Under the pieces are notes generated by a model that worked only from the letters and a program-made list of their open reading frames with translations, did not search any database and was not told where the DNA came from. Of a stretch of 64,000 nucleotides of DNA, positions 9,665-16,845 are shown in pieces. A program made the position numbers and the translations under genes. Source of the DNA: an uncultured virus (IMG/VR IMGVR_UViG_2061766007_000800) (taxonomy: Duplodnaviria; Heunggongvirae; Uroviricota; Caudoviricetes); IMG/VR virus record IMGVR_UViG_2061766007_000800; one strand, given 5' to 3'. Positions within the stretch are counted from its first letter, which is position 1. The number at the start of each line of letters is the position of its first letter.

Positions 9665-9668
9665 CTCT

Positions 9669-9741
9669 ATCCCCATAGGCTAATGGATAGTACCTCTCGG
9701 CTACGAACCGAAAAGTGAGAGTTCGAATCTCTCTGGGGATA
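9669..9741 (+). tRNA. tRNA-Arg(ACG)
   Basis: TCGG-CTACGAA-CCGA; ATCCCCA/TGGGGAT. Confidence 0.9.
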
Positions 9742-9745
9742 TTTT

Positions 9746-9825
9746 AGTTAAGACACTTACAGCAATTTAACAACAAAAACAATTTTCTGATAAAAAATGT
9801 GGTTTAGTTAAGGTGTCTTGTTACT
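9746..9825 (+). ncRNA. small structured RNA, ACAGCAAT motif copy 1 (Y-RNA-like candidate)
   Basis: AAGACAC(9750-56)/GTGTCTT(9813-19) closing stem, TACAGCAAT, inner hairpin ATTTT-CTGATAA-AAAAT. Confidence 0.6.
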
Positions 9826-9838
9826 ACAAATTAATAAG

Positions 9839-9902
9839 GTTAAGACTCATACAGCAATCTTTATATTTCTTATTTGGCAAGAAGAAGACAAAGAGTCTTG
9901 TA
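9839..9902 (+). ncRNA. small structured RNA, ACAGCAAT motif copy 2
   Basis: AAGACTC(9842-48)/GAGTCTT(9893-99) with a compensatory change versus copy 1; inner hairpin TTCTT-ATTTGGC-AAGAA. Confidence 0.6.
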
Positions 9903-9986
9903 TATTTTCCTTTTATTATATACCTTTTAATTTATAGTAACTAATTGTAGTTTAATTAAAAGTATATTTTAGGAGGAATTTTTATT

Positions 9987-11456
9987 ATGAATTTTTCAGA
10001 TGCTATGAATTTTGAATTAACAAGAGGAAAGACTTGGAATGGTGCGGAGTGTCTCACTTCTACATCTAATGCTTGTCTTGACTTTTTTGGTAGAATAGGT
10101 GCTATGAGACAGGCTTCTGTAAATGAAAAGCTTGATTTATTCGACGCTGCATATCGTGAAGACCCTGACTCAGCTATGAAGTTGTTATTCTATACAAGAG
10201 ATATTCGTGGTGGTTATGGTGAGCGTGATGCTTTCAATGAGATATTCGCGCACCTCGCCGCAACACATAAGGATTCTGTAATCAAGAACATACCTAATGT
10301 TCTTGAATATGGTAGAGCAAAGGACTTATACTCTTTAATAGGCACACCCGCAGAGTCTGCTATGTGGTCTTTTATTAGAGAACAATTTGAGCTTGATAAG
10401 GCTAATCTTGTACAGGGTAAGCCTGTATCTTTATTAGCAAAGTGGCTTGCAACACCTAACGCATCTTCACCTAAGACTGCGGAATTGGGTGTATTAACTG
10501 CTAAGAAGCTCGGTTATAATTTTAAGTCTATGGCTCAGTACAGAAAGATATTGGTAGCTTTGAGAAAGGCTATTGATATTCCTGAAGCAAAGATGTCAAC
10601 AGACAGATGGGACGAAATCGTTTACGAGAATGTTCCCTCTAAGTGTAACATTCAGAATAGAGAAGCTTTTAAGCGTCATGACGGTGTTCGTTATGAGAAT
10701 TTCATTTCACAGGTTCAGTCTGGTGAAGTGAAGATGAATATGGCAACTGCTAATCCTTGCGATATAATGCAAAAGGTAGTTAATGGTGATAATGGTGTAG
10801 AGATTAACACTATGTGGAAGTCTTTACCTAAGATACCTACTAAGGCTCTTGCTGTTGTAGATACTTCTGGTTCTATGACTTGGGGTACTATAAATGGTGT
10901 AAAGCCTATTACAGTAGCAGTTGCTCTTGGTATCTACTTTGCTCAAAATAATGTTGGTCAGTTTAAGAATAAGTTTTTCACTTTTTCAAATAGACCTTCT
11001 CTTATTGAGATTAAGGGTAATACCCTTGGACAGATGTATGAACAGATTCGTAGAGCGGACTGGGGTAACTCTACTAACCTTGAAGCTGTCTTTGATAAGA
11101 TACTTGAAATGGGTATTAACTACCATATCGCTCCAGAAGATATGCCTGAGTCTATCTGTGTTATTTCAGATATGCAGATAAATGACTATGGTTATCATAA
11201 TGGTGGTTTAACATTTACTGATGTGATGAAGAGAAGATATGAGCAGGCAGGCTATAAGTTACCTCATGTAATTTATTGGAATGTTAATGCTATGAATCCT
11301 ACTTTCCATGCAGCAAAGTCTGATAATGGTGTTTCATTAGTATCAGGCTACTCACCTAATATTATGAAGCAAGTTATGGATAACATAGGCAAGACTCCTC
11401 TTGACCTTATGAATGACATATTAACTTCAGATAGATATAAGAATATAACAGCATAA
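9987..11456 (+). CDS. Ro60/TROVE-like helical domain plus vWA protein (DUF2828-like)
   Basis: LDFF, LFYTRDIRGGYGER, AKWL, YRK, VPS..AF.RHD; MIDAS VDTSGSM, STNL, ISDMQ, YWNV, LVSGYS. Confidence 0.8.
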   Translation: MNFSDAMNFELTRGKTWNGAECLTSTSNACLDFFGRIGAMRQASVNEKLDLFDAAYREDPDSAMKLLFYTRDIRGGYGERDAFNEIFAHLAATHKDSVIKNIPNVLEYGRAKDLYSLIGTPAESAMWSFIREQFELDKANLVQGKPVSLLAKWLATPNASSPKTAELGVLTAKKLGYNFKSMAQYRKILVALRKAIDIPEAKMSTDRWDEIVYENVPSKCNIQNREAFKRHDGVRYENFISQVQSGEVKMNMATANPCDIMQKVVNGDNGVEINTMWKSLPKIPTKALAVVDTSGSMTWGTINGVKPITVAVALGIYFAQNNVGQFKNKFFTFSNRPSLIEIKGNTLGQMYEQIRRADWGNSTNLEAVFDKILEMGINYHIAPEDMPESICVISDMQINDYGYHNGGLTFTDVMKRRYEQAGYKLPHVIYWNVNAMNPTFHAAKSDNGVSLVSGYSPNIMKQVMDNIGKTPLDLMNDILTSDRYKNITA

Positions 11457-11480
11457 TAGGGTGCATTAGCACCCTTATAT

Positions 11481-11553
11481 GCCTCCGTAGTCTAATGGAT
11501 AGGCAACGCTCTTCTAAAGCGTATAAATGCAGGTTCGAGTCCTGTCGGAGGTA
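11481..11553 (+). tRNA. tRNA-Arg(TCT)
   Basis: ACGCT-CTTCTAA-AGCGT. Confidence 0.9.
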
Positions 11554-11555
11554 CT

Positions 11556-11639
11556 GTGGCTATGGCAGAATTGGCTATGCACCAGATTGTGGCTCTGGGA
11601 GAGAAATCTCATATATGGGTTCGAGCCCCATTGGTCACA
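11556..11639 (+). tRNA. tRNA-His(GTG) with long variable arm
   Basis: CCAGA-TTGTGGC-TCTGG; extra GAGA-GAAA-TCTC arm. Confidence 0.85.
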
Positions 11640-11642
11640 CTT

Positions 11643-11773
11643 GGCGGAGTAATGTAATTGGTAACATGCTTTTTTTCTTTTACGTGTCTTGTAAAAGACA
11701 TAAACAGCAATTACTTTTTAGAAAATTCACACTTGTCCCGTGAGTAATGTAGGTTCGAATCCTACCTCCGTCT
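11643..11773 (+). ncRNA. tRNA scaffold carrying a permuted ACAGCAAT motif (copy 3)
   Basis: GGCGGAG/CTCCGTC, D arm, T arm GTAGG-TTCGAAT-CCTAC; insert GTGTCTT-GTAA-AAGACAT-AAACAGCAAT. Confidence 0.7.
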
Positions 11774-11778
11774 TATTT

Positions 11779-11853
11779 GCTGCTCGTCCTCGACGGTATT
11801 TTGGGGAATCGGCTTATATCCGATGACACAAGGTTCGACTCCTTGGGGCAGTA
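11779..11853 (+). tRNA. tRNA-Ile(TAT)
   Basis: ATCGG-CTTATAT-CCGAT; GCTGCTC/GGGCAGT; atypical D arm. Confidence 0.75.
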
Positions 11854-11945
11854 TTACTTTTTGATNNNNNNNNNNNNNNNNNNNNNNNNNNNNNNNATAT
11901 ATGTAAGATAAAAAAAGAAAAGAAAATGTATAGAAAGAGGTTAAT

Positions 11946-12428
11946 ATGACAAAGATATATTTAGCGGGTTCTTGCGCCCCCGAACAGAGAAATTTAATGG
12001 TTGCAATAGCAAAGTATTTAAGAAGTTTTAAGAATATTGGAGTATATTGTCCTTTTGAATTAGAAGTTCCTAATGCTTGGGATATTAGTCAAGAGGAATG
12101 GTCAGAGAAAGTATTTATGGCGGACAAGGACGCTATTGACAACTGTGATGTTTTCCTTATGATTTCTCAAGGTCGTATCAGTTCAGCTGGCACGAATTGG
12201 GAACAGGGATATGCATATGGTATAGGTAAATATATTGGTGTTATTCAAATTACCGATACACCGACAAGTTTAATGACTTATAGTTCTGCTGATTGTTTTT
12301 GTAATGTTAAAACAACTGATAGGTCTAATCTTCTGAATGAAATATCAGTTGCTATTGAAAAAGTTATGCTTTGTTATGACAAGCCTTGGGTTCAAGGTAA
12401 AGATAAATGTTTAACAGTCTTAACTTAG
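11946..12428 (+). CDS. nucleoside 2-deoxyribosyltransferase-like protein
   Basis: KIYLAG, D..AID.CD, SAGT.WE.GYA. Confidence 0.8.
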   Translation: MTKIYLAGSCAPEQRNLMVAIAKYLRSFKNIGVYCPFELEVPNAWDISQEEWSEKVFMADKDAIDNCDVFLMISQGRISSAGTNWEQGYAYGIGKYIGVIQITDTPTSLMTYSSADCFCNVKTTDRSNLLNEISVAIEKVMLCYDKPWVQGKDKCLTVLT

Positions 12429-12509
12429 GAGTATAGCGAAGCGGTCAAACGCGCTGGTCTCCAAAACCAGTCCTTAAAAGGTTCGTGGGTTCGAATCCTA
12501 CTGCTCCTG
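12427..12509 (+). tRNA. tRNA-Trp(CCA) with long variable arm
   Basis: CTGGT-CTCCAAA-ACCAG; extra CCT-TAAA-AGG arm. Confidence 0.85.
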
Positions 12510-12622
12510 TAGGCGCACATTGTGCGTGAGTCGCTTTTGCGGCGGTGGTCAATATTCGATTTTAGCACTTTTCTGTGAGCAGAGACCACCATTCAAATAA
12601 ACAGGTCAAGAAAAGTGCATAA

Positions 12623-12696
12623 CGGAGTATAGGACAGTTTGGTAGTCCGCATCGCTTGGGACGATGAGGTCGGGGGTTCGAATCCCTCTACTCCGA
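12623..12696 (+). tRNA. tRNA-Pro(TGG)
   Basis: CATCG-CTTGGGA-CGATG; CGGAGTA/TACTCCG. Confidence 0.9.
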
Positions 12697-12720
12697 TGAG
12701 TCTGTACAGAAAATTCAAGT

Positions 12721-12795
12721 ATGATAATAAGTATGCTAGGGTGTACACCGCCATCGGGCGCGGAGGGTGTAAGGTTCGATTCCTTACTTATCATA
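12721..12795 (+). ncRNA. degenerate tRNA-like element
   Basis: ATGATAA/TTATCAT acceptor and a good T arm; irregular anticodon arm with 8-nt loop. Confidence 0.5.
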
Positions 12796-12803
12796 GTTAT
12801 TTA

Positions 12804-13162
12804 GGGGGTGTATGTTGGTTTCGACAGGGCACAACCAAAAGGAAAAGCAAGTAGTGGATAATGGACACCACTTTAATCCGACATTAAAAAATAAACGCTA
12901 ACAATAGTTACGCTTTAGCTGCCTGATGGTAGTAAATCTATAAGGATATATCAGTCGTAATCCTTAAGATTTTAAAATGACTGATAGATTTGGTAAAAGC
13001 ATATATCTTTCAGAGAGCCAAATCAAATATGAAATTTCTGGCGGAGATTGACCACGATAGTTTGTTTATTTGCGAATCGTGGAATACAGAGACAAATAAA
13101 CTAAACTTGTAGAAAGCCTCAAGGAAGGGTTTTGGACGGGAGTTCGAGGCTCCCCACCTCCA
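12804..13162 (+). ncRNA. ssrA: tmRNA
   Basis: GGGGGTG/CACCTCC-A with G3:U70, GGTTTCGAC 5' motif, T arm; tag frame 12897-12926 = ANNSYALAA*. Confidence 0.93.
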
Positions 13163-13178
13163 CTTAGAAAGGAAAAAT

Positions 13179-13340
13179 ATGAGATTAATTTTAGAAATTT
13201 CAAAAGAAGAACTTGAAGAATATAAAAAGGGTGCAGACCCCGAAATAACCTACGAAGAAGCGGTTGAAGGTCTTATAGAAATTATGTGTGAAGATAAACC
13301 TATTGATTATATTGATTGGAAAGATATAAGAATAATTTGA
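13179..13340 (+). CDS. small acidic hypothetical protein (53 aa)
   Basis: AAGGA RBS, ORF. Confidence 0.55.
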   Translation: MRLILEISKEELEEYKKGADPEITYEEAVEGLIEIMCEDKPIDYIDWKDIRII

Positions 13341-13404
13341 AAATTCTNNNNNNNNNNNNNNNNNNNNNNNNNNNNNNNNNNNNNNNNNNNNNNNNNNNNN
13401 NNNA

Positions 13405-14199
13405 AGAATTGTAAAAGAATTAAGTAGAATTTTCGATATTTTTAAAGTAAGTGAAGGACAGATTAGACCTCATTTTATTTTAACAGGTGATAGTGGTAGC
13501 GGTAAGTCTTATATTATTGAACAGCTTGCCAACCAAAAAGAACTCGGCTTTGTGTCTATCAATGCCGCTCAGTTGACAAAGGAAGGTACTTCAGGTAATT
13601 CTTTAAGTAAAGCCTTATCACCTATTGCAGAATTAAAAGGGGTTATGACGGTTGTATTTGTAGATGAATTTGATAAGTTATTTATTTCAGATAATTCAAA
13701 TTCTTCTCTTGCAAATGAGGTAACTCTTGGTGTTCAGAATGAATTTTTAAAAGTTCTTGAATCACCTACTACCGCAGTATATGGAAATTATGGTCACTAT
13801 GTAAATATTGATATTAGTAAGTGCTTATTCGTATTTGCAGGTGCTTTTAACAATGAAGAGAATATGTCCCTCGACAAGTTAAGAACTTTTGGTGTAAAAA
13901 CTGAATTTTTAGGTCGTGTAGGATTAGTATATAGTACAGATAAACTTCTTCTTTCAGATTTATATGAAATTCTTGAAAATTCAGAATTGCTCAAACATTA
14001 TCTTAAACTTTTTGATAATGTTGACAGAGATGAAGTTCTTGATACAATTAAAAAGTATTTAAAAGCAAATTATAAGAATAATACTATTGGAGCAAGAGTA
14101 ATCAATACTTTGATTAATCAGTATTTCATCAAAGGTGGAGAGCTTGGGTTCGAAGATGTTAAGGAGATTACTTTCCAAGAAAAGTTATCTTTAAAATAA
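13405..14199 (+). CDS. ClpX/HslU-like AAA+ ATPase (start in N gap)
   Basis: Walker A GDSGSGKS, Walker B VFVDEFDKL, GVQNEFLKVLE, LFVFAGAF, FG..TEFLGRV. Confidence 0.85.
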   Translation, partial: RIVKELSRIFDIFKVSEGQIRPHFILTGDSGSGKSYIIEQLANQKELGFVSINAAQLTKEGTSGNSLSKALSPIAELKGVMTVVFVDEFDKLFISDNSNSSLANEVTLGVQNEFLKVLESPTTAVYGNYGHYVNIDISKCLFVFAGAFNNEENMSLDKLRTFGVKTEFLGRVGLVYSTDKLLLSDLYEILENSELLKHYLKLFDNVDRDEVLDTIKKYLKANYKNNTIGARVINTLINQYFIKGGELGFEDVKEITFQEKLSLK

Positions 14200-14212
14200 A
14201 AGGTTTAGTTAT

Positions 14213-14605
14213 ATGAAATATAATTTTGGAATTTTAAAAAACTCAATAATAGGTTTCAAGATAAATATTGATAACCATACTTATTATATTGGCGGAAAGT
14301 GCTTGAAAGTAACAAGCAAAGAAAATAGTTATATCTTTGAGTTTGAAGATAGAAAATTTGAAGTTAGAGAAGATGTATTTTCTCATATGAAAATAGAATA
14401 TAAAGATAATATCTTATATTTTATTCAGACTTCTGATGAAAAACTTATGTCAGGCTTGTTAGGGTTTACAATGTTTGATACTTTTGGTTTCCCCTATGAA
14501 CTTACACAAGAACTTTTAGACGAACAAAACCTTTCTTTAGATATGGAAGGTGTTGAAAGTTTAAAACTTTTCTCGAAAGAGAAGAACAAAAATACCTTTA
14601 AAAAA
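14213..14605 (+). CDS. hypothetical protein with an AlaRS-like F.(M/L)(F/Y)DT(F/Y)GFP.(E/D)LT.E motif (3' end in gap)
   Basis: MSGLLGFTMFDTFGFPYELTQELLDEQNLSLDMEG. Confidence 0.55.
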
Positions 14606-15046
14606 NNNNNNNNNNNNNNNNNNNNNNNNNNNNNNNNNNNNNNNNNNNNNNNNNNNNNNNNNNNNNNNNNNNNNNNNNNNNNNNNNNNNNNNNNNNNNNN
14701 NNNNNNNNNNNNNNNAATAGAGGAAATAAGGATATTTTCTCAACGCAAAAATGGATTACCTCCACAAAGCGAAAAAATGGAAAGTAAGGTTTGTATTGGC
14801 AACTATGCTGTACCTATCCATTACGGGAAACAGAGGTTAAGTTGCGATGGCGCCAGATAGCAAAAGAACTGAGAACATTAGGCAAAGATAGGCGGTTGGC
14901 TGACCNNNNNNNNNNNNNNNNNNNNNNNNNNNNNNNNAAAATAAAAAATTTTTGATATAATTATTAAGTAAGATAAAAAAAGTTCTTTAAAAAGTTAATA
15001 TTTAAAAGTAAATGTTTAAGTATTAACTGTTCAAAGAACTTTGTTC

Positions 15047-15930
15047 TAAGAACTCTGGCTTGACAGATAAAACCTTGAAAGAGGTCGAAAGGGGTGTATT
15101 GGCAAAGCCCCGCCAGAAATGGTAAATCAAGCAAAACGAGACGGGACTAATTAGTTTTGAAAAGAAACTGATGCTTATGTAACCCCCATGAGCTACCTCA
15201 TAAGGAGTGATGTGAAATAAAAGTTCTTCAAGGTCGGAGCTGATGAGAAGAACTGTTGCCGCAAGCGACTTGCATCAAACGCAAAAACGGACTGTGAGGA
15301 ATAGTAAGCCGTAGGTAGGTTAGTTCGAGTATAGCTAACAAGGGCAACTACCAGTTTATCTGCTATGGTGGATAAATCGTGTGAGTACGAAAGCAAAGGA
15401 AAACACATATTGGCGAGTAGCATTCCTGCACTCAAAAGGTATGGGAACTACAAATGAAAGTTCGTCAATAGCCGCTAACTTAGTATGGGTTCGAATCCCA
15501 TCGAGGGCTCTCTATATACTCTTAATAAATATGCCCTCGTAGCTCAAGAGGAAGAGCAACTTATGTGATGGATATAAGTGTTAAAAGTGAAAATCTTTCA
15601 TTGGAACTGATGAAAAGTATCCTAATCCCTTAGTTAGTAAGACAATAGGGGGTATAATATGGACAACCATATTGTATTTGATTGAAACGAAACTATAAGA
15701 ATGTAGCAATTCTGAATAGTCCGCAAGATTAGTAGTGGAGTGATAATCGAGTAAGCAGTTCTTTAAGGGTTGAAGCAGACCCGAACCACATTTGGATTAG
15801 TGGTTCTTAATTGCGGGTATGAGCATTACTATTCAAAAGATAGTGGAAAAGTGACTAAGCTGATTCGTTGGTATAAGGTCATTAAGATGTAGTATCGTTA
15901 ACTGTATTCTCAAGTTAATCTGAATTCTTA
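15047..15930 (+). ncRNA. giant structured ncRNA, GOLLD-like (about 880 nt)
   Basis: No credible ORF; downstream of a promoter; 5'/3' pairing TAAGAACTC-TGGCTTGA with TCAAGTTA..GAATTCTTA; recalled GOLLD-like motifs GAGTAG..CTCAAAAGG, CCGCAAG, TTCAAAAG, 3' TTCTCAAG; tRNA-array context. Confidence 0.65.
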
Positions 15931-16009
15931 CTAAATAAAACAGGCATGTGAGGGAAAGACTCCCTCCGCATTTGAAATAACTCTAAAAAATGTGTTCGCC
16001 TGTTTTGAA

Positions 16010-16080
16010 GTGGTTATCGTATAGTGGTAGTACATCACCTTGCCAAGGTGGGAGGATGGGTTCAAATCCCATTAATCGCT
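16010..16080 (+). tRNA. tRNA-Gly(GCC)
   Basis: TCACC-TTGCCAA-GGTGG. Confidence 0.88.
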
Positions 16081-16234
16081 CTAATTGATAATTTAAAAAA
16101 TTTTTGATATAATATTTATAGAAAATAAGAAATCGCTCAATGATATTTTAAATGTCTTGACTCGCAAAACTGCTATGTTTCCAATATTGAGATAGTTAGG
16201 GAATAAAAGCCGAGGGAATACCTAACAAACCCTT

Positions 16235-16840
16235 TCTTGTACCTTGAAAACTTAAAAAGATAGAACCTATTGATAAACGCCAACCAACATTGGCGGTAGG
16301 AAATTCTGAATAGGCTACCGATTCTACCGAAGGATACTTTGGTCATGGCGGTTGCTCTTAAAGGTAACGATAAGAACAGGAGGTTGAGACCCAAAGCCTA
16401 AGGAATTGTACTTTATTTATCGTAGTATAGCACAGGAAGTGTGTCGGGGGAACAATAGAAAGTTAATCGAAAGATTAGCCTCTCCAAGTTAGGTGGAAAC
16501 AGGTGGTGCTGTCGCAGACCTTGGAAATACCAATAATTCCCTTTGCGGTGAAGCCAAGAAATTGGTGTATAAGACATGCAAGAAACCTCTGAGTAGCAGA
16601 AAGCGCAAATAACAAGATGATGGAAGATGAAAATGGTCAGTAGTCTTTGAATTTCTGAAAGTAACTGTGAAAGGTGCTGGGTAGACATTCCCGTCAAGGC
16701 AATACGGACTTTGGTCAGGGTAAGAATGCATAAGGGTAGCTGCTTATGCACAGACTTATTCTCCTTGTAGTGTAATAATATTAAAGATAAATAAAGTAGG
16801 TTGAAGAACCCAAATCTGTTTAAGTTTTTAAAGTACAAGA
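16235..16840 (+). ncRNA. large structured ncRNA, ROOL-like (about 610 nt)
   Basis: About 22-bp terminal stem 16235-16256/16819-16840; TACTTTATTTATC/GATAAATAAAGTA; recalled ROOL-like 3' motif GGGTAGC..CAGACTTATTCTCC; own promoter 16085-16113. Confidence 0.65.
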
Positions 16841-16845
16841 TATTT

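Noticed and set aside
9746..9902. Possible mini-CRISPR array
   Set aside because: Only two imperfect units that fold as end-paired hairpins, not identical repeats with spacers; no cas genes.
14716..14905. RNase P RNA or a continuation of ORF 14213
   Set aside because: GAGGAAA is not followed by the GTCC P4 signature and no matching 3' motif was seen; the ORF extension only bridges an N gap.
5951..16838. ORF-track calls overlapping the RNA island (e.g. 5951-6142, 8267-8575, 9109-9348, 11495-11743, 12639-12854, 15193-15435, 16413-16838)
   Set aside because: They overlap tRNA, tmRNA or structured RNAs, lack an RBS and have non-protein-like composition.
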